Shown: in pieces, positions 1-9,452 of the stretch
Layout of the letters: every line of letters starts with the position of its first letter
How positions within the stretch are numbered: the first letter of the stretch is position 1
Origin: a virus
Lineage: Duplodnaviria; Caudoviricetes
Reading direction: 5' to 3' (one strand)
Virus record (IMG/VR): IMGVR_UViG_3300020732_000001
Coordinates: 1 to 61,137 of that record
Length of the DNA: 61,137 nt
Position numbers and translations under genes: made by a program
Notes under the pieces: model-generated
Databases searched by the model: none
What the model was told of the DNA's origin: nothing
The model's input: the letters and a program-made list of their open reading frames with translations, nothing else

Positions 1-99
1 CATCAGGCAATCTAGGACTTGGAGTTACTCCTAGTGCTTGGAGTGGAAAAGCATTTGAAACTCCTGCTGGTGGTATTTTAGGTTATTCAACAAGCTCTA
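1..99. repeat. Terminal direct repeat, left copy (contig circularisation overlap)
   Basis: 1-99 is identical to 61039-61137. The length fits a k=99 assembler overlap, and the reading frame runs through the join. Confidence 0.95.
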
Positions 100-848
100 T
101 GAATATGACGCAAAACGCATATTTTAATGGAACAAATTGGATTTATAAAAATACAGCAGCAGCTACATATTATGGACAAGGTGCATCAGGTGCAGGTCAG
201 CACGCTTGGTATACAGCACCATCAGGCACAGCAGGAAACGCTATAACATTTACCCAAGCCATGACTCTCACAAATAGTGGAACTTTATTTGTTGGTCAAA
301 CATCAGCAGTAGTTAATGAAAATGGTATGGGAGTTTCATCTTCTCAAACAAGTGGTGGTTCTGGTGTATTAAATGTAACAAATACTGCATCTTCCTCTGC
401 TGATAATTCTCCACCTGTGGTTATTTGCAAAGCAATGACAACTACATCATCATCTGCTAGATTTGTTCAATTTTACGCTAACACAACAGCAACTCCTATG
501 GGTGGCATTGTAGGAAATGGTGCTTCAAATGTACAATTTGCTTCAATATCTGATGCAAGAGAAAAAACTAATATTGCACCTATTAATGGTTCTTTAAATA
601 AAATTCTTGCATTAAAACCATCTTCTTTTGATTGGATTAAAGATGGTTCTCATGTAAATGCTGGTTTTATTGCTCAAGATGTTCAAACAGTATTTCCAGA
701 GTTTGTTGTTGAAAATATGGCAAATGAAGGTGAAGAACAAAGATATGGATTAACTGGTGGTATGAATGGTGGAATTATCGCTCATTTAGTAAGTGCTATC
801 CAAGAACTTAAAGCAGAATTTGACGCATATAAGGCTACTCATCCATGA
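1..848 (+). CDS. 3' part of the tail fibre that starts at 59274; C-terminal intramolecular chaperone (peptidase S74-like) domain
   Basis: In frame with the ORF from 59274 across the join. The pattern SDAREKTNI..LKPSSFDW..GFIAQDV..FPEFV..LVSAIQEL is typical of S74 chaperone domains. Confidence 0.85.
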   Translation, partial: SGNLGLGVTPSAWSGKAFETPAGGILGYSTSSMNMTQNAYFNGTNWIYKNTAAATYYGQGASGAGQHAWYTAPSGTAGNAITFTQAMTLTNSGTLFVGQTSAVVNENGMGVSSSQTSGGSGVLNVTNTASSSADNSPPVVICKAMTTTSSSARFVQFYANTTATPMGGIVGNGASNVQFASISDAREKTNIAPINGSLNKILALKPSSFDWIKDGSHVNAGFIAQDVQTVFPEFVVENMANEGEEQRYGLTGGMNGGIIAHLVSAIQELKAEFDAYKATHP

Positions 849-1336
849 TTACTCAAGAAATAGTTAAACATTATTTTGAACTTAAAGATGATTGTCTTTA
901 TTGGAAAAATGTTGTTCATTTAAATCAATCAAAATTAATAGGTCAAAAAGCTGGGTTTATTCATCTCACAGGTTATCGTCATATTACATTTATGGGCAAA
1001 CAACACAAATCTCATAGATTAATATGGTTATATGTTTACGGTTACTTGCCTAAAGAAATTGACCATATTAATGGTGACAGGCAAGATAATAGGTTAAAAA
1101 ACTTGCGTGAAGTTACTCGTAGTCAAAATCAATTAAATAAGTCTTTAGCAAAAAACAATACATCAAGAACAAAAGGTGTATCTTGGCATAAAAAAAGTAA
1201 GTCATGGACTGTTCGATTATCTGTTGATAAGCAATCTAAAAACATAGGTTATTTTAAAGATTTAGAATTAGCCGAGCTTGTTGCCATTGAAGCTCGTAAT
1301 AAATATCATGGTAATTATACAAAGATAGGAGTTTAA
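845..1336 (+). CDS. HNH homing endonuclease with AP2-like C-terminal domain
   Basis: HRLIW...IDHINGDRQDNRLKNLR HNH motif, then GVSWHKKSKSW...IGYF AP2-like region. Confidence 0.9.
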   Translation: MITQEIVKHYFELKDDCLYWKNVVHLNQSKLIGQKAGFIHLTGYRHITFMGKQHKSHRLIWLYVYGYLPKEIDHINGDRQDNRLKNLREVTRSQNQLNKSLAKNNTSRTKGVSWHKKSKSWTVRLSVDKQSKNIGYFKDLELAELVAIEARNKYHGNYTKIGV

Positions 1337-1337
1337 T

Positions 1338-1691
1338 ATGTCATCGCAAATTTTATGGAGCATAGACTGGATGGACGCTAGTACACAAACCATTAATGGT
1401 CATTCAGAAGTAGTATTAACAGCAGGCTGGAGATGCACAGGTACAGAATCAAATACAGCAACTCCCCCTGTAGAATTTACAAACAGCGTATATGGCACTT
1501 GTACATTCCCTGAGCCAGCAGAAGGTGGTTCATTTACACCTTACAGTTCGCTAACTCAATCACAAGTTGTTGGATGGTGTTGGAGTTCAGGTGTAGACCA
1601 AACTGCTACTGAAGCTGCTGTAAACACTAATTTAAACAATTTAATTAATCCAACAGTAACACAGCCACCGTTACCTTGGGCACAGTCTTAA
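1338..1691 (+). CDS. Tail-fibre-associated hypothetical protein
   Basis: RBS AGGAG. FTPYSSLTQSQVVGW and PPLPW end, a pattern common downstream of phage fibres. Confidence 0.6.
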   Translation: MSSQILWSIDWMDASTQTINGHSEVVLTAGWRCTGTESNTATPPVEFTNSVYGTCTFPEPAEGGSFTPYSSLTQSQVVGWCWSSGVDQTATEAAVNTNLNNLINPTVTQPPLPWAQS

Positions 1692-1695
1692 TTTT

Positions 1696-1724
1696 AGGGT
1701 AAGCCATCAGCCCTTTTTGGTGGC
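1696..1724 (+). promoter_or_regulatory. Predicted H-type RNA pseudoknot upstream of an RBS
   Basis: S1 AGGGT 1696-1700 pairs with GCCCT 1710-1714. S2 GCCATCA 1703-1709 pairs with TGGTGGC 1718-1724. The stems interlock and include G-U pairs. Confidence 0.5.
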
Positions 1725-1742
1725 AATTTATAGGAGAATGAA

Positions 1743-1964
1743 ATGAGTGAAAACACGAAAAAAACTCAAATCACGATAGACAATGTTGAATATAACTTTG
1801 AAGATTTAACTAACGAGCAGCAAGTGCTATTTCAGCATTGCATCGACTTAGACCGTAAAATAAGTTCCGCTCAGTTTAACCTTGATCAGTTGAACGTGGG
1901 TAAAAATGCTTTTATGGAAATGCTCAAAAAATCTTTAGAGACAAAACCTGAAGTAACAAACTAA
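1743..1964 (+). CDS. Small coiled-coil hypothetical protein
   Basis: RBS TAGGAG, ORF track. Confidence 0.7.
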   Translation: MSENTKKTQITIDNVEYNFEDLTNEQQVLFQHCIDLDRKISSAQFNLDQLNVGKNAFMEMLKKSLETKPEVTN

Positions 1965-1965
1965 T

Positions 1966-3471
1966 ATGTTTGGAATCACCCCTTTTGCTAAGGTTTCATT
2001 TGCTGCAATTGGGGTGGCATTTGTTGTAGCAACAACAGAAGATGTTGGAGTTGCCGATTCTCAAGTTTTCGCTGCTCAGTATGCGGAATCTATTACTGAA
2101 ACAATAACTCAGATATTTGATGTACAAAGTGAGCAGGATAACTTCTTTGAGGGTATAGTAGAAACCCTAACTTCTAATGACTCAAGTACGCAGGCTTCCG
2201 CATTTCTAGAATCACAAACCGAAAACATCACAAGTGCTGAGACAGAAACAATTACCGCTCAGTTTTCCGTAAGTGATACAGAAAACATAAACCTAGCAGA
2301 TACGCCAAGTATCAATGCTCAGTTTAGCGTAAGCGATACAGAAAACACAGGCATAGCCGATTCTAGTACACAGGCTTCATCTTTCTTAGAATCACAGACA
2401 GAAAATATTACTCTTGCAGATACAGAAGCGGCAAGTATTCAGTTCCAATTCACCGTTACTGAGCCAATTACTAGTGCAGAGTCAGAGTCTATATCCGTCC
2501 AGTTTAGTGCGACGATTGTAGAAGCATGGGGGCAAACACCGTATAGCGTTCCTCAACAGCCTAGTATTGCTTCATTTGCTATGGCAGGAAGTCCGTTTGC
2601 AGGTAGTTTTAATACTGTTGGATTCTTGGAAAACCCATCTTATGTGGTACAGGCTAACCTATTAGATTCAATTACTGAAAACGCCACAATAACTGAAACT
2701 GAAACAATAACAGCTCAGTTCCCACTAAGCATAGCCGAAAACACAACGGTACTAGATACGCCAACAATCACCGCTCAATTCTTAGAAAGTTTAAATGAAA
2801 ACTTTGGTATTGCTGACTTTAGTACACAGACATCATCTTTTATAGAAAGCTTAACTGAAGCAACGACAATCGCTGAAGTTGAAACAATTATTGCTGGGTT
2901 TGTGGAAAGTATAGTTGAGCCGACTACATTAAATAATTCACAAAGTATAACCGCCCAGTTTGTAGAAATAATTGCTGAAGCGATAACAGTAGTCGATTCT
3001 AGTACCCAGCAGTCTAATTTCCTTGATAGTATTGTTGAAGCCTTTACTATTTTAGACTCGCAAATTACATCAGGTTGGATTAGAATTGATGATAGTGAAA
3101 CAGCTAATTGGGGTTTTAGGAATCAAATAATTAATGAGATTGGCGGATTTGCAACAAGTACATTTGCTGGTACGCCATTTGCAGGGGATTTAAATTTTTC
3201 AAAAGTTGTACCAAATCCAATTATTGATGTCAACATTCCAAATTGGGCTACGATTAACAATACAGAAAATGCAAGTTGGAATTATAGAAATCAAATAATT
3301 AATGAAATAGGTGGGTTTGCTACTTGTACTTTTGGAGGTGCACCATTTGCAGGATATTTGAGTTTTTCAGGTATTGTGCCTAATCCAATACTAGATCAAA
3401 ATACACCAAGCTGGGCAGGAATAAGTAATAATCAAGCAACAAACTGGGTATTAATTAACAATACACAATAA
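1966..3471 (+). CDS. Acidic Thr/Ser/Glu-rich repetitive virion protein
   Basis: About 19-aa periodic TE/DS/AQF repeats and a duplicated NQIINEIGGFAT..PFAG module. Confidence 0.65.
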   Translation: MFGITPFAKVSFAAIGVAFVVATTEDVGVADSQVFAAQYAESITETITQIFDVQSEQDNFFEGIVETLTSNDSSTQASAFLESQTENITSAETETITAQFSVSDTENINLADTPSINAQFSVSDTENTGIADSSTQASSFLESQTENITLADTEAASIQFQFTVTEPITSAESESISVQFSATIVEAWGQTPYSVPQQPSIASFAMAGSPFAGSFNTVGFLENPSYVVQANLLDSITENATITETETITAQFPLSIAENTTVLDTPTITAQFLESLNENFGIADFSTQTSSFIESLTEATTIAEVETIIAGFVESIVEPTTLNNSQSITAQFVEIIAEAITVVDSSTQQSNFLDSIVEAFTILDSQITSGWIRIDDSETANWGFRNQIINEIGGFATSTFAGTPFAGDLNFSKVVPNPIIDVNIPNWATINNTENASWNYRNQIINEIGGFATCTFGGAPFAGYLSFSGIVPNPILDQNTPSWAGISNNQATNWVLINNTQ

Positions 3472-3480
3472 GGAAACATT

Positions 3481-4917
3481 ATGGCAGAATCGTATTCAAC
3501 CTCATTAAAACTCACCATCATTGGAGCTGGTGATTTAGCTGGCACATGGGGTAATGTAACCAATGCAAATCTTGGTACCCTGCTTGAGCAAGCCATTACT
3601 GGTGTACAGGCTATTAATATTTCAGGATTAACCACTTATACATTAACAAATATTAACGGTGCATTAGATGACGCTAGAAATGCAGTTCTTGTATTTCAAG
3701 GAGGAACTTCAGCTTGTACAATTACTTGCCCAGGTGGTTCAGCCAATAAAGTGTATGCAATAGTAAATCAAGGATCTTATCCAATTACTATGTCTGCATC
3801 TGGCGGATCTACAACATTAGTAATTCCAGGAGGAATGACAGCTCAAGTTTATTTAGATGGAACTAATCAAAGCGGTAGTGGAGTTGGCGTATATTCTCTT
3901 TTAAATGGTGTTCCTGGAGATTTTAAAGTAGTTGGTACATTAACGGCTTCTGGCGAAACGGATACAGGAAATATGTCAGTAGGTGGAACTTTAAGTGTTA
4001 CAGGAACCACAACATTAAGTGGAACATCAACAGCACCTACGCCATCCCCAGGAGACAATTCTACAAAAATAGCAACGACTGCTTTTGTTAATAACATAAC
4101 AGGTTCTTTAGGAACCATGTCTCAGCAAAACGCCAATAGTGTAGCGATTACAGGCGGAAATATTAACAGCACTATTATCGGTAATTCTACAGCTGCGGCA
4201 GGAACATTTACAACACTTGGTGGCACAACGATAACGGCATCAAGTCAATTTTCAGGACCAGGAACTGGACTTACAGGAACAGCGGCAAGTCTTTCCATTG
4301 GTGGAAATGCTGCAACAGCAACATCTGCAACATCTGCTACAACCGCTACAAACGCCACTAATGCAACTAATGTAGTATCAGGTGGAACAATAGCAAACAA
4401 TGTAACAGCAACTACGCAGTCATCAACTGATAATTCAACCAAAATAGCAACAACAGCTTTTGTTCAAGCTGCTATGCAAATACTATATCCTGTAGGTTCT
4501 ATATATACATCTACAGTTAGTACAAACCCTAATACCTTGTTTGGTTTTGGAACATGGGTAGCATTTGGTGCTGGTAGGGTAATGATTGGACAAGATGGTA
4601 GTTCATTTATTGCTGGTGCTACAGGTGGTAGTGCTGATGCTATTATTGTTTCACACACCCATACATTTTCTGGAACTACAAATACAGGAAATGCAAATAT
4701 ATCACAAAATGCAGGTGTATATGGTAATAACGGAACTGTTTATGGACCATTTAGTTCATATGCAGGATACGGTAGTATTGCTCCTGCACAGGCAACAATT
4801 TCAGATAGCGGTCATACACATACTTTTAGTGGAACAACTGCATCACAAGGGTCTAGTGGAACAAATGCAAACTTACAGCCATATATTGTAGTTTATATGT
4901 GGAACAGGACAGCGTAA
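3481..4917 (+). CDS. Tail fibre/baseplate-type structural protein
   Basis: GTWG..TNANL N-terminus, two DNSTKIATTAFV repeats, YPVGSIY..NPNTLFGFGTW and NLQPYIVVYMWNRTA C-terminus. Confidence 0.75.
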   Translation: MAESYSTSLKLTIIGAGDLAGTWGNVTNANLGTLLEQAITGVQAINISGLTTYTLTNINGALDDARNAVLVFQGGTSACTITCPGGSANKVYAIVNQGSYPITMSASGGSTTLVIPGGMTAQVYLDGTNQSGSGVGVYSLLNGVPGDFKVVGTLTASGETDTGNMSVGGTLSVTGTTTLSGTSTAPTPSPGDNSTKIATTAFVNNITGSLGTMSQQNANSVAITGGNINSTIIGNSTAAAGTFTTLGGTTITASSQFSGPGTGLTGTAASLSIGGNAATATSATSATTATNATNATNVVSGGTIANNVTATTQSSTDNSTKIATTAFVQAAMQILYPVGSIYTSTVSTNPNTLFGFGTWVAFGAGRVMIGQDGSSFIAGATGGSADAIIVSHTHTFSGTTNTGNANISQNAGVYGNNGTVYGPFSSYAGYGSIAPAQATISDSGHTHTFSGTTASQGSSGTNANLQPYIVVYMWNRTA

Positions 4918-4926
4918 AAATAGTGA

Positions 4927-5379
4927 ATGCCAGACATAAACCCTATTGCCGAAGGAGCAAAGTCTTTAGCTGAGAGCCTTGAACAAAGTAGAGAGGCTGG
5001 AAAGAAGCTCACTAAAAGCATTGAAAATATTCAACGTGATGGAACAGAGGTCGCTTTACAGGAATTAGAAGCACGAAAGAAGCACAAGATTCACGAAGAA
5101 GCAATGGAGAACTCGATGATATATCGAGCAATCCAAGAGTATCAAAATCAAAGTGCAATTATAGAAGCAGAAAATCAAGCCGAACGAGAGTTTAAAGCCA
5201 AGTATGGTGCTAAAGAATGGAGTAAGGTATTAGAGTTAAAAGCAGTAGTAGAGAAGGAACATCAAGAAAGTAAAAAGTATTACGGACATAAGTTGGAAGA
5301 CGTAAGGCGAATTCAGTTTTATTGTTGGTTTGCTGCGTTTATTATTACTTGTTTGTTGTTTTATTTTAATCTTGTATGA
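4927..5379 (+). CDS. Hypothetical protein with C-terminal transmembrane helix
   Basis: ORF track; hydrophobic C-terminus. Confidence 0.7.
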   Translation: MPDINPIAEGAKSLAESLEQSREAGKKLTKSIENIQRDGTEVALQELEARKKHKIHEEAMENSMIYRAIQEYQNQSAIIEAENQAEREFKAKYGAKEWSKVLELKAVVEKEHQESKKYYGHKLEDVRRIQFYCWFAAFIITCLLFYFNLV

Positions 5380-5543
5380 CATGGGCAACCATTTGGTTCA
5401 TTGTTTATTTAATTGAGTTGTTCATCTGGGCAAATGTATGTTATTTGCATTTTGAAGAAAAGTTATATAAGAAACCAAAACCAAAATTTGATAAAGAACA
5501 TAAGGTGTTAGTACGAACCAAGAAAGATATAGTCCGTGGATGA
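5376..5543 (+). CDS. Small membrane protein (55 aa, not in ORF track)
   Basis: ATGA-coupled to the upstream stop; MTWATIWFIVYLIELFIW... Confidence 0.55.
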   Translation: MTWATIWFIVYLIELFIWANVCYLHFEEKLYKKPKPKFDKEHKVLVRTKKDIVRG

Positions 5544-5614
5544 TGAACTGTTTAAATGGTGGACAATGATGGCATTAATTTGTATGATGTTAATTATTCT
5601 TTTAAAGGATTGAT

Positions 5615-6109
5615 ATGGAGTGGCTTGCACAAATAGCACCAGGCATTGCAACAGCATTAGGTGGACCACTAGCAGGACTAGCGGTTACTGCTATCTCAAA
5701 AGCATTGGGAGTTGATGAAAAAGACGTACAGTCTACGATTGACTCTGGTAAGTTAACTGCTGACCAATTAGCCAGTCTAAAACAAGCTGAAATAGATTTA
5801 CAAGCAAAGGCACAGGAGTTAGGACTTAACTTTGAAAAGTTAGCCGTAGATGACCGTAAATCAGCTAGGGATATGCAATCTGCAACTCATTCATGGATTC
5901 CACCATTACTGTCTCTTTTAATTACTGCTGGATTCTTTGGAATCTTATTTGCATTAATGATGGGTTATGCCACCAAGTCGGATGAATTGATGATTATGTT
6001 AGGTTCATTATCAACGGCTTGGGTTGGTATCATTTCTTTTTACTTTGGTTCATCAGCAGGTAGTCAAAAGAAAGATGAACTATTACATCAGAGTACACCA
6101 ACAACATGA
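5615..6109 (+). CDS. Putative holin
   Basis: Multiple TM segments and IISFYFGSS motif; directly upstream of the endolysin. Confidence 0.7.
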   Translation: MEWLAQIAPGIATALGGPLAGLAVTAISKALGVDEKDVQSTIDSGKLTADQLASLKQAEIDLQAKAQELGLNFEKLAVDDRKSARDMQSATHSWIPPLLSLLITAGFFGILFALMMGYATKSDELMIMLGSLSTAWVGIISFYFGSSAGSQKKDELLHQSTPTT

Positions 6110-6621
6110 AAGAAAATTACGAATCTGCATTAGCACACGTTCTGAAGAGTGAGGGATTATGGAGTGATAACCCAGCCGATCCAGGTGGTGCTACGATGAA
6201 AGGTATAACCCTTAGTGTTTATCGTGAATGGAGGCGAAATACGCACATTACCAAAGAAGAACTTAGGGTAATTCCTGATGAAGAAGTGTATAATTTATAC
6301 AAAGAACTTTATTGGAATAAGGTACAAGGTGATAATCTCCCTGCTGGTGTTGACTACGCCGTATTTGATGCTGCTGTTAATATGGGCGTGGGTAGGGCTG
6401 CCAAACTCATACAAGAGGCGGCTGGAGTTACTGCGGATGGCGTGTTGGGACCTGCGAGCGTATCGGCTATTCAAAAGACTGAAGCTAAAGAATTAATTGA
6501 AAAGTTCAGTCAACTAAAAGAAGAATTTTATAGATCGTTAGGTACTTTCCCTACGTTTGGCGTAGGTTGGTTACGTAGAGTTGCTGAAGTAAAAACATTT
6601 TCTGAATCCATGTTAGGGTAA
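6106..6621 (+). CDS. Endolysin, glycoside hydrolase family 108 with peptidoglycan-binding domain
   Basis: EGLWSDNPADPGGATMKGIT, FDAAVNMG, GWLRRV. Confidence 0.9.
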   Translation: MKENYESALAHVLKSEGLWSDNPADPGGATMKGITLSVYREWRRNTHITKEELRVIPDEEVYNLYKELYWNKVQGDNLPAGVDYAVFDAAVNMGVGRAAKLIQEAAGVTADGVLGPASVSAIQKTEAKELIEKFSQLKEEFYRSLGTFPTFGVGWLRRVAEVKTFSESMLG

Positions 6622-6626
6622 ACCCT

Positions 6627-9071
6627 ATGCCTTTACGCAAATTAACTTTAAAGCCTGGTTTGTATCGAGAAGGCACAAATTATTCCAACTCTGGTGGTTG
6701 GTATGATGGTGACAAAGTTCGATTTCGTGCTGGGCTACCTGAAAAAATTGGTGGCTGGACACAAGTTAATTCAAACACATTCAATGGAATAGCAAGATCA
6801 TTATGGGTGTGGTCAAGTGCAACAACAGGTATTAGTAATAACTATATTGGTGTAGGAACCAGCACAAGTTATTATTTGTATTTTGGCGGTATCTACAATG
6901 ATATTACACCGATTATTCAAACAGATACATCGGTTACTATAACAACCAATGGAACAACTACTGTTACTTTAACAGACAATTCATATAGTCCGAATGTAGG
7001 GGATTACATTAATTTTTCTACTTCTTATACGGTAGGTGGATACACTTTCTTTGGTAATTACCTTGTTACATCAACGCCTACTTCTACAACTTATACAATT
7101 ACTGCAACAAGTGCACCATCGTCTGCAAGTGCAACCGTTACTGTTAATTATTTATATCCAAGTGGATTAAGTACTTATACAACAGGTACTGGATGGGGAG
7201 CAGGATCTTGGAGTGGAACTACAGGTTTTTCTACAGTTAATTTAACCAATCCTTTTACTACAACTGCAAGTAGTTATGTTGTTTCAGTTACGCAAACAGC
7301 ACATGGCTTAACAACAGGTAATTCAGTATCTTTTTTAAGTGTAGCTTCCTCTGTTGGTGGAATACCTAAAGGTATCTTACAGCAGTCATATGCAGTAACA
7401 GTAACAGGAGCAAATACATATACTATAAATGTAACGGCTGCTTGGTCTCCTAATGCGGTAACTTCAGCAACAGGTGGTGGAGCAGTTACAGTATTTATTC
7501 CAGCCACATCTTCTACATCAACACCATCTGCCATAGGATGGGGACAAGCATCTTCATCAGGTAGTGCATCATCAGGAACACAATTAAGGTTATGGTCAAA
7601 CGATAACTTTGGAGCGGATCTTGTTTTTTCTCCTCGTGGTGGTCCTATTTATTATTGGCAAAATTCCAATGGGGTATCAAGCCGTGGTGTATCTTTACAG
7701 TCATTGGCTAATCAAACAACTCTATTACTTGATTCAGTAACATTTAGTTCTGGATCGACTAGCATTACGGTAACATCAGCAAATGCACCTTATATATATC
7801 CATATATGTATATTTCTGGAACAGGTATTCCAGCAAACACTTATATCGTAGCCATGAATAATGTAACTGGTATTGGAACAATTAGTAACACAACAACGGC
7901 TCCTTCGAGTGGTAGTTATACAATTACTTATGCTGGTGCATTTGTACCCAATTCAACTTATCAGGTTCTTTCTTCTGAGGTGCAAGAGTTTTTAATTTGT
8001 TTTGGTGCTAATCCTTATAGTCCTGGATCACCTAATACTTCATTTAATCCTTTATTGGTAAGATGGTCAGATCAAGGAAATGTATATCAATGGATTCCAG
8101 AAATAACCAATCAATCTGGTGAATACGCATTAGGAAATGGATCTTATATTGTTGGAGCAAGGTCAACTCGTCAAGAGATTTTAGTTTGGACTGATTCAGC
8201 TTTATATTCAATGCAATATATTGGCACTCCTTATGTATGGGGATTCCAGCTCTTAATGGATAATATATCGATTATGAGTCCTAACTGTATGATTACGATT
8301 AATAATGTAACGTATTGGATGGGTCGTGATCGTTTTTACATGTATAACGGTACTGTTCAAACCTTGCCTTGTGATTTAAAACAATACATATTTGATAATA
8401 TTAATCAAAACCAAAACTTTCAAGTTTTTGTAGGATCTAATGAAGGATTTAATGAAGTATGGTGGTTCTATGTTTCTATTGATGGAAACAATGGTTCTAA
8501 TACTCAACCCAATTCTGTTATTGATAAATATGTTATTTACAATTATGTAGAAAATACTTGGGCATATGGAACAATGGCACGTTCTGCATGGTTTCAAACT
8601 GGTATTAATCAATTCCCTATTGCTGCTGACTATAACGGCAGATTGCTTTACCATGAAAATGGCTGTGATGATGTTTCTACAGGAACTCCGCAACCTATAA
8701 CATCATATATTCAATCTTCTGATTTTGAAGTAAGTCCAGATGATGCAGGACAACATTTTGGATTTGTTTGGAGAATGTTCCCAGATGTGAACTTTAACGG
8801 TTCTACAACCAATAATCCATCTTTAACTATTCAAATTTTGCCAAGAAATAGTTCTGGATCAGCTTATGGAGTAGCGGCTAATCCTGCTGTAACCAGTTTA
8901 CAAAACTATACCAATATTCCTGAATATACAATTCAGCAATTTACAGCTGAAGTATTTACTCGATTAAGAGGTAGGCAGATGTCATTCATTATTAAATCAA
9001 CAGGTCAAAATGGAGTTGCATGGCAATTAGGAACACCTCGTTTTGATATTAGACCAGACGGCAGACGCTAG
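6627..9071 (+). CDS. Tail nozzle/tubular protein B-like with Thr-rich inserted beta domains
   Basis: KVRFRAGLPEKIGGW N-terminus, VRWSDQ, and RPDGRR C-terminus; lies before the ejection genes. Confidence 0.65.
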   Translation: MPLRKLTLKPGLYREGTNYSNSGGWYDGDKVRFRAGLPEKIGGWTQVNSNTFNGIARSLWVWSSATTGISNNYIGVGTSTSYYLYFGGIYNDITPIIQTDTSVTITTNGTTTVTLTDNSYSPNVGDYINFSTSYTVGGYTFFGNYLVTSTPTSTTYTITATSAPSSASATVTVNYLYPSGLSTYTTGTGWGAGSWSGTTGFSTVNLTNPFTTTASSYVVSVTQTAHGLTTGNSVSFLSVASSVGGIPKGILQQSYAVTVTGANTYTINVTAAWSPNAVTSATGGGAVTVFIPATSSTSTPSAIGWGQASSSGSASSGTQLRLWSNDNFGADLVFSPRGGPIYYWQNSNGVSSRGVSLQSLANQTTLLLDSVTFSSGSTSITVTSANAPYIYPYMYISGTGIPANTYIVAMNNVTGIGTISNTTTAPSSGSYTITYAGAFVPNSTYQVLSSEVQEFLICFGANPYSPGSPNTSFNPLLVRWSDQGNVYQWIPEITNQSGEYALGNGSYIVGARSTRQEILVWTDSALYSMQYIGTPYVWGFQLLMDNISIMSPNCMITINNVTYWMGRDRFYMYNGTVQTLPCDLKQYIFDNINQNQNFQVFVGSNEGFNEVWWFYVSIDGNNGSNTQPNSVIDKYVIYNYVENTWAYGTMARSAWFQTGINQFPIAADYNGRLLYHENGCDDVSTGTPQPITSYIQSSDFEVSPDDAGQHFGFVWRMFPDVNFNGSTTNNPSLTIQILPRNSSGSAYGVAANPAVTSLQNYTNIPEYTIQQFTAEVFTRLRGRQMSFIIKSTGQNGVAWQLGTPRFDIRPDGRR

Positions 9072-9072
9072 G

Positions 9073-9101
9073 TTTACAATCTGTTCAAATGGTGATATTA
9101 T
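9073..9101 (+). promoter_or_regulatory. Sigma70-like promoter
   Basis: TTTACA-17 nt-TATTAT with extended TG. Confidence 0.5.
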
Positions 9102-9116
9102 AAGGAGTATAAGATA

Positions 9117-9413
9117 ATGGTAAATATTCAAAAATATAATGGCACTCCTTTAGCACCAACACCTCCCAACTTACCTGTTGCTCCAGCGACTTATGATGCT
9201 GGACATGACAATCAAGTATTAAGCCAATTGCGTTTATATTTTAATCAGTTAAATAATTACACTCAGGCAACTGCAACGCCAGATTATGGATTAAAAGGAC
9301 AGCGACCTTTGGCTAATTTGCAAATAGGTCAACAGTATTTTGATCAAACTCTTGGATATCCTATTTATTGGAATGGTCAAAAATGGGTAAATTATGCTGG
9401 CACAGCGGTTTAA
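9117..9413 (+). CDS. Hypothetical virion protein
   Basis: RBS AAGGAG; LRLYFNQL motif. Confidence 0.7.
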   Translation: MVNIQKYNGTPLAPTPPNLPVAPATYDAGHDNQVLSQLRLYFNQLNNYTQATATPDYGLKGQRPLANLQIGQQYFDQTLGYPIYWNGQKWVNYAGTAV

Positions 9414-9452
9414 TTATGATAAAATTATTCCAAATAACTCAATAGGTCGTGT

